Positions 7,402 to 15,742 of a stretch of DNA of 38,498 nucleotides are shown here, piece by piece. Every line of letters starts with the position of its first letter. Position 1 is the stretch's first letter. The notes under the pieces are model-generated. The model saw nothing but the letters and a program-made list of their open reading frames with translations. It did not search any database and had not been told where the DNA came from. Position numbers and translations under genes: made by a program. The DNA lies in the sequence record SRR22947727_1191; one strand, given 5' to 3'.

Positions 7402-8114
7402 AAAAAATCGTCTAAGCCCTCCAAGACTTTTTTGGTTGTCTCACCACATGAGCTACATGTGTAATCTAGTTCATATTTTAATTTAGGAATGTTTTCAAGG
7501 AAAGAATTGATTTCCTTAAACTGACTATTATTTAATGAATTAATAAACGCTTCTACTTCAGCTCTTGGTTCATCGCACATCATAATGTTTTCTTCTTCTG
7601 TCATTACAGATTCCATTGACATCATCAATGTTTCATACATAATTTCAGCTGCGGTGCTTTCATCAGATATAATCACAGGGTTGTTAATAATTTCAAAATA
7701 AGAAGGATACCTCATTTGTATTGATATATCTTCTGATATACTTACAACATTATTTGTATTTGGTACATAATTAAACGATGCTTTTTCTAAGTCAACTTCA
7801 ACCTCTGTAGAATCTGAGCAGCTACTACAAATAGCATTTATCTTTGTTTTTTCACCTACAGACTTAGATCTAATTTGTGTAAACATGTAGTCTACATCAA
7901 AAGTAGATAGTTTTTTGACATCAATAGGATCATGTACACAAGATTCGATAGTGTTAAGCATTGCTGTTAGAATCTGCTGTTTATCTTGTGATTCATATGC
8001 AATAAGTAGAATTTTTTGCTCTTTAACTAGGAATGGCCTGAATTTTACTTTCTGGTCAGTCGAAGGGATATTTAATTCATACTGTGGAATATCATTCAAT
8101 TTAGGCAGTGCCAT
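7395..8114 (-). CDS. gp26: Baseplate hub assembly protein, gp26-like
   Basis: MALPKL...YELNIPS...VKFRPFLVKEQKILL, IRSKSVGE, two CxxC motifs, C-terminal LEGLDDFF. Confidence 0.85.
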   Translation of the reverse strand: MALPKLNDIPQYELNIPSTDQKVKFRPFLVKEQKILLIAYESQDKQQILTAMLNTIESCVHDPIDVKKLSTFDVDYMFTQIRSKSVGEKTKINAICSSCSDSTEVEVDLEKASFNYVPNTNNVVSISEDISIQMRYPSYFEIINNPVIISDESTAAEIMYETLMMSMESVMTEEENIMMCDEPRAEVEAFINSLNNSQFKEINSFLENIPKLKYELDYTCSSCGETTKKVLEGLDDFFS

Positions 8115-8129
8115 TATAAACTCCTTATA

Positions 8130-8795
8130 TTATGAAAATACGCTATTTAAGCCGCCAAACGCTTGTACAATACCGAGAGGACCGCCAGTACGAGTGGTCC
8201 AATTTGTATATGATAATTCAACGGAAACCTGTACTAGGCCGTCAAGTTCATTGTTTAGTTCAACTGCATTGATTGTTGTAGGAAAGGCATCGATTAGTTC
8301 TACAGAATAAATTGTAGATCCACCGATTCCTAGGTTAAGATCTATAGGACCAATATCTACTCCTAGATTAAATATTGGTTTTCTTAATTGGTGAATTTTT
8401 ACCGGTCTGACGTATTCGGCTTTATATGCTGGCTTATGTGTTTCTTCATCAATAATTCTGCTTTTCCATGAGTCAAAATATTTTCTAATACCATAGTCAT
8501 TTAGTGCATAAAATGTGAGTGATACATCTTGTACAGCATATCCGTATGCTACTTTTTGAAACTCCATTCCAATACGTCTATCAGAAGTTAAAATTTGCTT
8601 ACCTGGTAAAACGGCTTGAGCACAAAGAAGATTAAGATCTCCTCCGCCAAGAGTTCCTCCAGTTAATACGCTTGTTAGCTGACTTAGAAATCCTCCACCA
8701 GAGAATTCAGTAGGAAGATTAACTAAGAATTGGTTAGAGCGCGCAAATCCTAATTTGCTTGTAGCTAAAGATTTAAGCTGATCAATACTAGACAT
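8130..8795 (-). CDS. Tail tube-fold protein (gp54/gp19-like tube initiator)
   Basis: G.ARSNQF.V, LPG...T, FDSW...I, L.DAFPT.I....L, V.V.LSY..W tail-tube motifs. Confidence 0.7.
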   Translation of the reverse strand: MSSIDQLKSLATSKLGFARSNQFLVNLPTEFSGGGFLSQLTSVLTGGTLGGGDLNLLCAQAVLPGKQILTSDRRIGMEFQKVAYGYAVQDVSLTFYALNDYGIRKYFDSWKSRIIDEETHKPAYKAEYVRPVKIHQLRKPIFNLGVDIGPIDLNLGIGGSTIYSVELIDAFPTTINAVELNNELDGLVQVSVELSYTNWTTRTGGPLGIVQAFGGLNSVFS

Positions 8796-9384
8796 ATTTT
8801 CCTATCTTCTTCCTTGAGTCTTGATAAACCGTTGCCGCGCTTGCTCCTTGAAAATCTGCCATCGGTAAGAATGTGGCGATCTCCCATTCAGGTGCTTCAA
8901 CTCGAGCAAATCTAGATTTGACTTGACTCATTAAGTAATGCTTATAGCAAGCTTTGTAAAATCTAGTTTTTGATGTTTTCTGTAACATGCTGTAAGTAAG
9001 AGCAAATCGAGTGGATTCATCGTATTTTTTATTGTTTGTAATTTCAAGTAAACCATCTAAAAATTTTGCTCTTAATGGTAAAGGCAGATAATGAAGATTT
9101 AATCCTGAGAAACCACCGGGGGCAGGACCTACAATAATTGTAAGGGGAAACTTATCAAAATAAGGAAGCTTGTCCTTATGCTTAGCATCATAAAAAAACA
9201 TATTCATAGAACCAATCAATTGACGATTTGCAAGTCTTAATTGAGGTTCTTTCATTAATTCCAGTCTATTAGGAATTCTTAAGTTTCTTACTTTATTCAT
9301 AAACCACTGGCGTGACTCTGCACTGCGAGGAGTAATGCCTGCTCTAAATGCTTCATATTCTAGCTTTTGAAATAAATCGCTCAT
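8788..9384 (-). CDS. gp2: DNA end protector protein gp2
   Basis: F.YDAKHKDKLPYFDKFPL, GLNLHYLP...R, K.YL.S.VKSRF; adjacent to gp4. Confidence 0.9.
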   Translation of the reverse strand: MSDLFQKLEYEAFRAGITPRSAESRQWFMNKVRNLRIPNRLELMKEPQLRLANRQLIGSMNMFFYDAKHKDKLPYFDKFPLTIIVGPAPGGFSGLNLHYLPLPLRAKFLDGLLEITNNKKYDESTRFALTYSMLQKTSKTRFYKACYKHYLMSQVKSRFARVEAPEWEIATFLPMADFQGASAATVYQDSRKKIGKYV

Positions 9385-9388
9385 GCCA

Positions 9389-9889
9389 TTATTTATATGA
9401 TTTTTTAGACTTTTTGCGATAAGGTTTTAAAGGTTTCATCGGTTTTAATTTACCAGTTTCTTTTGCCATTATTCCCATAGATTGTAATGTTTTCTCTGTC
9501 CAGATCTGAAACTCCCAACCTCTATCCTTTGCATAATTATTTGCTGCTTCCCACTTATTCATATTCTTTACATATGTCAATGCTTCACTAATATATTTTT
9601 TAGTCTTGCGACCTCCAGTTGGAGGTGAGGTTTCTTTTTCTGGCTTTATCTCTACAAGCAATATTTTATCTTCAAATATTATTTTTACATCTACAAAATA
9701 ACGATGATATTTTTTATCAACTTCATAATAGTATGGAACAACCACCTCTTCTGAGCTCCAGTATTTTACACTTGGATTTTTATCACACCACATAAAAACA
9801 TATTTTTCCCACATAGAGCGATAAACGACCTTGTCTGGATCGCCTTTATACTTTTTTATCTTTGGTTTATACTTACCGGAATACGCCAT
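9389..9889 (-). CDS. gp4: Head completion nuclease gp4 (TnsA-like)
   Basis: MAYSGKY.P...KYKGD...VYRSMWE, WSSEE..VPY, HRYFVD, LVEIKP, N..KW.AA. Confidence 0.93.
   Translation of the reverse strand: MAYSGKYKPKIKKYKGDPDKVVYRSMWEKYVFMWCDKNPSVKYWSSEEVVVPYYYEVDKKYHRYFVDVKIIFEDKILLVEIKPEKETSPPTGGRKTKKYISEALTYVKNMNKWEAANNYAKDRGWEFQIWTEKTLQSMGIMAKETGKLKPMKPLKPYRKKSKKSYK
9390..9397 (-). promoter_or_regulatory. Late promoter for gene 2 (predicts a leaderless mRNA)
   Basis: TATAAATA on the minus strand, 5 nt before the gp2 ATG. Confidence 0.7.
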
Positions 9890-9896
9890 AAAACTA

Positions 9897-9904
9897 TATA
9901 AATA
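9897..9904 (+). promoter_or_regulatory. Late promoter for rightward baseplate operon
   Basis: TATAAATA upstream of gp48. Confidence 0.8.
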
Positions 9905-9923
9905 ATGAATAATGCTTTACGTT

Positions 9924-9931
9924 TATTTATA
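9924..9931 (-). promoter_or_regulatory. Late promoter for leftward gp4 operon
   Basis: TATTTATA on the plus strand equals TATAAATA on the minus strand. Confidence 0.8.
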
Positions 9932-9942
9932 GGAAATCGAGC

Positions 9943-11142
9943 ATGCCTCCTAGACCACCGCAACTCACGAATATACAAGCCAGAAAACAGTCAACTGTAA
10001 ATGGCCCACCACCGGGCCATCCAGAGTACAATGCAGAGCTTAGCCCTACGAGAATACAAGATAAAAATAGACCTGCACCTCGAGCAGTTATTGCATACCC
10101 TTCTCGCGGAGAGGCTGAGTATGATGCATTTATGACTTTTACAGCAAAGCGTCCAATACACAAGTATGAAGTAAGTACTGGAGGTGTTGCTAATGCATTT
10201 GATATTCCAATATTAAAAAAATTAATGTCAACATATGGAATTGGTGGTCAATCTACTTCTGTATCAAATCAGCCGGAACAAAATTCAAACCCAGTTGATA
10301 CTCCAAGAGATGGTGGCAACCCAGGTGGTACGTCAACAACAGGCCGCACATCTAATCAGGAATTAAGTAATGCAATAAGCGACAAATCTTTGATGGATGC
10401 GGCTGATCTAGAAAAAAGCCAAGGGAATAACGAAAACAAATTTAAGTCAGATCCTACTGTTCCTATTGTTAGATTATATTTTCCTATGTCTTATGTTGTA
10501 AATGATGATATTGCATACAGTGAAGTAGGACTCGGCGGAGCTGGACTAACTGCAGAGGCTGGTCTAAGAAACGGCGGATCGTTACTTAGTGCTCTTGGTA
10601 TTGCAATTGGTGAAGGATTTGAATCTATCTACAATTTAGCAGCAGGCAATTTAACACAACAAGCAGCTCAGATAGCTACAGCTAGAGTTGTACAGAATAT
10701 TCCTAATGATGCTGCAAAAGCAGTGTTGACAGGTGCTTTACAGACAACAGTTAACCCAGGCACAAGAGTCATGTTTGAAAAACCGAATGTCAGAACATTC
10801 GTGTTTCAGTATAGACTAATTCCAACAGATGCTCGAGAAGCAAATGATATTGCAGAACTTGTTAAAACATTTAGAAGAAACATGTATCCAAAAGCGCTTG
10901 ATGCTATACGTAATCTTCCTCTCGGCTATGAGTTTCCTCCACTCTTTCAGATCGATTTCGGCATTAGAGGCGGAGCAAAAATTCCAAAGGTAGAATTATG
11001 TTACTTAAAAAATGTTCAAGCAAATTATAACCCTGAACAGATGGTGTTTCATTCAGACGGACATCCTATGCAAGTTGATTTGTCTCTAACGTTCCAAGAA
11101 TACAGAGCTCTTACTCAGCAAGATATTGATAGAGGTTATTAA
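9943..11142 (+). CDS. gp48: Baseplate tail-tube cap gp48
   Basis: LYFP, NP....F..P..R.F.F.Y.L.P....EA, C.L..V..NY.P, DG.P..V.L.L.F.E...LT..DI..GY. Confidence 0.85.
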   Translation: MPPRPPQLTNIQARKQSTVNGPPPGHPEYNAELSPTRIQDKNRPAPRAVIAYPSRGEAEYDAFMTFTAKRPIHKYEVSTGGVANAFDIPILKKLMSTYGIGGQSTSVSNQPEQNSNPVDTPRDGGNPGGTSTTGRTSNQELSNAISDKSLMDAADLEKSQGNNENKFKSDPTVPIVRLYFPMSYVVNDDIAYSEVGLGGAGLTAEAGLRNGGSLLSALGIAIGEGFESIYNLAAGNLTQQAAQIATARVVQNIPNDAAKAVLTGALQTTVNPGTRVMFEKPNVRTFVFQYRLIPTDAREANDIAELVKTFRRNMYPKALDAIRNLPLGYEFPPLFQIDFGIRGGAKIPKVELCYLKNVQANYNPEQMVFHSDGHPMQVDLSLTFQEYRALTQQDIDRGY

Positions 11143-11143
11143 G

Positions 11144-11890
11144 ATGAGATTTTTTAATAAGTTTCCATATACTCCTTATATTTTTGGTGATGATGAAGAT
11201 ATTGGCGGTAAAGAAGTAACAAGCATATTCATGCAAGATATTTCATTGTATGTGGATGTGATTGATCAAGTTAAAGATAATATTTCTTTTTATCAACAGT
11301 ATTATATCCAAGAAAACGAAAGGCCTGATCAATTATCTCAGAAAATATATGGTGCACCTCATTTTCACTGGACATTTTTTATGATGAACGATAACTTAAG
11401 AGAAAGAGGTTGGCCGCTTAATTCTGATAAATTATTTGACCTAGTAAAAAGAGATTTTCCTAATCAAGCGTTTGTTACTCAAATAGACATGACAAATAAA
11501 TTCTTGCCTGGTCAGGTTGCTGTAGGAAGCCAGTCCGGTGGTAGAGGAATTATCTTAAGACGTCATCTTGACTTAGGTCTTGTGGTTGTGTCTTCTGCTC
11601 GGCCATTTAAAACTGGAGAAATTGTGAGTACTGCCTCTATTGCAGACCAAACGCCATACGCTGCTCGAACTGAATCAACTATGCTTGAGTATAATGCTCC
11701 TCACCACTATGAAGATGGTGACGGTAATTATGTAGACATTGATCCATATCAAGGTCCTGGTGCACAGCTTGTAGAAATTACAAACTATGACAGATATATT
11801 AGAAAAAATAATGAATTACGTGAAATTATAGTCATTAAACCTGAAGCAATTAGAGAAATAACATCCTTATTTGAACAAGCGATATCATAA
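11144..11890 (+). CDS. gp53: Baseplate wedge protein gp53
   Basis: FF.KFP...Y, Y.I...ERPDQLS.KIYG....HW.F..MN......WPL, HHYE; start reassigned to ATG 11144. Confidence 0.88.
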   Translation: MRFFNKFPYTPYIFGDDEDIGGKEVTSIFMQDISLYVDVIDQVKDNISFYQQYYIQENERPDQLSQKIYGAPHFHWTFFMMNDNLRERGWPLNSDKLFDLVKRDFPNQAFVTQIDMTNKFLPGQVAVGSQSGGRGIILRRHLDLGLVVVSSARPFKTGEIVSTASIADQTPYAARTESTMLEYNAPHHYEDGDGNYVDIDPYQGPGAQLVEITNYDRYIRKNNELREIIVIKPEAIREITSLFEQAIS

Positions 11891-13224
11891 TGGACACTGC
11901 CAATAACACTAAAGGGTTTATTCTCAATGCTGTGACGATAAACTCAGAAAGAAACATAGTGCCAGTTGACATAACTGGTATTGTTTCTGACATTCAATTT
12001 TTTGAACATCTAGACAAACCTTATGTAACTGGAAATATTGTTATTTCTGATAGCGTTAGATTGTATGATAGATTAGATATTCAAGGCGCTGAAGAAGTTA
12101 TTATTGAAATGCAAATGAACCTTGATGGTCCTAAAGTAAGAAGAAAATTTTATATCACTAAAATAAAAGTTGCACAAAAAACTAATGAAACTACTGAGAT
12201 GGTAGTTTTGAATATAGCCGATGATTGGCTTTTTAGATCTACTACGAAGAACGTAAACAAAGCATTCTCAGGATCTCCTGATTCTATTATAGCACAAATA
12301 GCCGAAGAGTATCTTGGACTTGAAGTAATCAAAGAAGGAAACTTTGTATTTCAAAATGAAATAAAAGTTATTGTTCCTAACCTAACTCCATTACAAGCAA
12401 TCATGTGGATTAGGCAACGTGCTACTACTGATGATGGTATGCCTTTTTATGTTTACAATGATTTTATTACAAATCGACTAAATATATCCGATATCGTGAC
12501 TCTTACATCACAAGTACCATATAATAGGAGAAAGCCTTTTTTATATGGCGTGACTGATGCTCTTGTAGTTGATGAAACACAATATGCATATCTTCCAATT
12601 AAGGCATATAAGGTAAAAGATGTTCAAAACATGTTATCTCTTGTTGATAAAGGACTAATCAGTTCTACACATTCTTTTTTTCATACAAGTCATAATAAAA
12701 TAAGAAATCATTCTTTCAATATTCAAAAAGATATATTTGACAAAATAGAACTAGATAGATCTAAGAGCTATAAGTTTTCTGAAGAGTTTAAAATTGATGA
12801 TGAGAACATTACTAATCTTGGTTCTAGAAAAATATCAAGAATTAGTTCAAGCGGTCCATTTGAGATCGGTGCCACTGCAAACTATAAATCTTATAGCGAA
12901 GAAACAGATCCATCAGATCATATCAGAAAAATAACTGCTAGAGCTATGAGACATTTTTTAGTTAAAGATCCGATTAGCATTCGACTTGATGGTAAAGCGT
13001 TTATCCGTGGTGATTATAACATGACAATAGGAAACTGTGTTAGATTGTTATTTTTAGCTAATAGACCAAACACTGCTAAAGGCGGAACTAAACTTGACAT
13101 GTCAAAGTCTGGAGATTATGTTGTATACTCAAGCAAGCATACATTTTCACTAACTCGTTATGACGTAGAACTAGAATGTGTAAAGATAGCTAGCTATAAT
13201 GATGAAGGATCAATGTTGACATGA
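11890..13224 (+). CDS. Baseplate hub protein (gp27/gpD-like)
   Basis: 444 aa between gp53 and gp5; FE.L..PY..G...I.D, IVPN..PL.AI.W, SG.Y.V....H.F. Confidence 0.65.
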   Translation: MDTANNTKGFILNAVTINSERNIVPVDITGIVSDIQFFEHLDKPYVTGNIVISDSVRLYDRLDIQGAEEVIIEMQMNLDGPKVRRKFYITKIKVAQKTNETTEMVVLNIADDWLFRSTTKNVNKAFSGSPDSIIAQIAEEYLGLEVIKEGNFVFQNEIKVIVPNLTPLQAIMWIRQRATTDDGMPFYVYNDFITNRLNISDIVTLTSQVPYNRRKPFLYGVTDALVVDETQYAYLPIKAYKVKDVQNMLSLVDKGLISSTHSFFHTSHNKIRNHSFNIQKDIFDKIELDRSKSYKFSEEFKIDDENITNLGSRKISRISSSGPFEIGATANYKSYSEETDPSDHIRKITARAMRHFLVKDPISIRLDGKAFIRGDYNMTIGNCVRLLFLANRPNTAKGGTKLDMSKSGDYVVYSSKHTFSLTRYDVELECVKIASYNDEGSMLT

Positions 13225-14147
13225 CACATTTATCTGGTATTCCAAATCCTGAAGTTGATTATTATGGCGATGATGTTCGTTGGTTTATTGGCACTATAAT
13301 CAATATTAATGACCCTCTACAACTAGGCAGGTGTCAAATAAGAATATTCGGCGTCCATCCAGATAGAACTTCCGACTTAGCAAATGCTGATTTGCCTTGG
13401 GCTCAAACTGTATCTCCTATAACAGAAGGTGGCAGCTCTGGAATTGGCACGAATGTAGGGATACAGCCATTAGCTCTTGTTTATGGAATATTCTTAGATG
13501 GCAAAAATTCACAGCTTCCTCTTGTTATTGGATCAATGCCTAAATATGAAAGAGATCCGTTAAGATTAAGAGAAGATACTACTGGCCTTATTGCTGATCA
13601 AGTTCAGCGTAGTAATATCACTCAGTCTCATAACGAAGTTAAAAACTTTGTGCCGGCACCTATCATTGATAAAGAACTTTTAGTAGGGTCAGACAACAAT
13701 GAAAGAGCATTTAATTATTTTCTGACATCTGAAGGTGGTGGATTTACTCCTGCACAAGCTGCAGGAATGATCGGTAATTTCTGTGTTGAAAGCTTTGCTA
13801 ATTTAAGAGGCGGAGAAATCAGTCCAACTCAGGAAGCTCTTAATGGCGATGGCTCTTTTGGTATCGCACAGTGGTATCCTGGTGGCGCTGAAAATCGTTT
13901 AGCTCAACTTAAAAATTTTGCAGCAAATAATAATTTGCCATATAATAGCCTTTATGCTCAATTGACATTCACTACACATGAATTATATACAAAAAGTTAT
14001 TTTGGATTAAGAGAACTAAAAGCTTCTAGAACTCCAGCAGAGGCTTCAAAAACATTTGAGCTGAGATTTGAGAGACCTCTTAAGACTGCAGCAAGAAGCG
14101 ATGAAAGAATAGCGTTTGCTGAAGAAAATTATAGGAAACTAAAATGA
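13221..14147 (+). CDS. gp5: gp5 N-terminal OB-fold fused to phage tail lysozyme domain
   Basis: WFIG.I..INDPLQLGR..IRIFG.H, LPWA, V.G.FLDG...Q.P.VIG; C-terminal AAGMIGN..VES, GIAQW...R, AQL.F...EL, FERP. Confidence 0.85.
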   Translation: MTHLSGIPNPEVDYYGDDVRWFIGTIININDPLQLGRCQIRIFGVHPDRTSDLANADLPWAQTVSPITEGGSSGIGTNVGIQPLALVYGIFLDGKNSQLPLVIGSMPKYERDPLRLREDTTGLIADQVQRSNITQSHNEVKNFVPAPIIDKELLVGSDNNERAFNYFLTSEGGGFTPAQAAGMIGNFCVESFANLRGGEISPTQEALNGDGSFGIAQWYPGGAENRLAQLKNFAANNNLPYNSLYAQLTFTTHELYTKSYFGLRELKASRTPAEASKTFELRFERPLKTAARSDERIAFAEENYRKLK

Positions 14148-15742
14148 GTATAAATTTAGATAATCTCAATATAAAGCTAAAAGATGTTGTTCGTAAATCT
14201 GGCATGGAAAGAGCAGCCAATCAATCAAAAGAGCTAGTAGCAAAAACCATCAATTCGAATACTACTTTTAAAGAAAAAGCAGGTGAGCTTGCTTCTGGAT
14301 TTAAGCTGATTGCTGAAGGCGTAAAAGTTGAAAAGAAAGATGTTGAACCTATTATTAGCGAGCTAACAAATGCTATTCCGGGAATTGATATTAAGAAAGT
14401 TTCTTCTAAAACAGCAGAAATTGAAACGTTAACTGGTAAAAAGGCCGACGGTGGCGTACTAGATAAAGTAATGGCATCACCAGATCCAAAGGGTGTTGGT
14501 ACTGCGTTAGACAAAGCAATAGGTGCAGCCCCAGCTGCAATTGAGGCTGCAGTTGTGGAAATGAATGAAGTATCAAAAGATCCTATTACTCGACAAAAAT
14601 TTGAAGATGTAGGAATATCAGGTGATACTCTAGATGCTTTAGTAGGAACCTTGTCAAAAGGAAGTTTAGATCTAGTAAATACTAATTTCGGAAAATCTGC
14701 AACTAAAAATATGAAATTGTCAAGTAAGATACAGATGAAAGAATTAGATAATCCATTCGGCTCTTTTACTGACATTAAAAGTGGACTTCCTACAGGCGGT
14801 AAGGTTCCTAGTGGTAATAAAATTCAAAATCCCTTTGGTTCTTTAGGAATAGATTTCGGTAACATTATGGGAAATATTTCTTCTCTTGCTTCTGGCCTGC
14901 CTACAGCACAAAGTTTAGGTGATGAAATTTCGTCTATTAAAGGTTCTATCAATGGCATTAATCCTGTAACTAATTTACCTGTGCCAAACATCATCAACAG
15001 AAATGGCACTACGGATCTTGCTAAAGTAGTAAGCAAAGGAAATAAAACAAATACTAAAGCCACAACTCCTGTTGATGATATTGTGTCAAATAGAGCTGTG
15101 CCTGACTTAACATTTAAAAAAGTAAGTAACCGAGAAGAATTTGAATTAGAGCTAAAACAATGTAGTAGAGAATTGTCAGCAATGGTTGTTGACTGGACAG
15201 GTTCTTTCTTAGATGAAAATTTAAATGCTAAGCAATTAAATAAAAGAAGTAAGAAAAATAGAGCTACTAAAAGAGAAGCAGGAAATATTAGAAATTCAGG
15301 TGATGATAGACTTCAATCTCATTATGTTATACTAAGAGATGGAACGGTGGAAAGATGCCTGCCAGTTTCAGGTGAGATTGACCGTCAAGTCTGGCAAAAA
15401 GGTACATTTGTTATTACCTTTGTAGCTGGATACAACTGCTTTTCTGGCACAAAAAACTATAATGAATTTTTAAGTCCTGATTCTTTAACAGAAGAACAGT
15501 ATTTAACATTTGATGAAATGATTGAAGCATTTTTTAGTGCATTTCCAGGAGGTGCTGTAGTAGGATTAGATGCTATTACATTAGACCAATCATATGGACC
15601 TGGATTTAATTGCAGCGAATACATAAAAAAATTTGGAAAAGTACAAGTATATGATGAACCTAATGTCTTGTCAAATCCATATTCTACTGTAGATCCGGCT
15701 TTTGCGTCAATCTATGCTAATATATTTTTGAAGGATCAGTAA
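14144..15742 (+). CDS. Virion protein with C-terminal degenerate N-acetylmuramoyl-L-alanine amidase-like domain
   Basis: VVDWTG, SHYVILRDGTVER..P, I.FVAG, T.EQ..TF, FPGG.V.G, GPGF pattern of the amidase_2 fold. Confidence 0.6.
   Translation: MSINLDNLNIKLKDVVRKSGMERAANQSKELVAKTINSNTTFKEKAGELASGFKLIAEGVKVEKKDVEPIISELTNAIPGIDIKKVSSKTAEIETLTGKKADGGVLDKVMASPDPKGVGTALDKAIGAAPAAIEAAVVEMNEVSKDPITRQKFEDVGISGDTLDALVGTLSKGSLDLVNTNFGKSATKNMKLSSKIQMKELDNPFGSFTDIKSGLPTGGKVPSGNKIQNPFGSLGIDFGNIMGNISSLASGLPTAQSLGDEISSIKGSINGINPVTNLPVPNIINRNGTTDLAKVVSKGNKTNTKATTPVDDIVSNRAVPDLTFKKVSNREEFELELKQCSRELSAMVVDWTGSFLDENLNAKQLNKRSKKNRATKREAGNIRNSGDDRLQSHYVILRDGTVERCLPVSGEIDRQVWQKGTFVITFVAGYNCFSGTKNYNEFLSPDSLTEEQYLTFDEMIEAFFSAFPGGAVVGLDAITLDQSYGPGFNCSEYIKKFGKVQVYDEPNVLSNPYSTVDPAFASIYANIFLKDQ

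Noticed and set aside
9389-9889. TnsA-like nuclease as a transposon or homing endonuclease
   Set aside because: Motifs and position next to gp2 and gp48/gp53 identify it as the core head-completion protein gp4.
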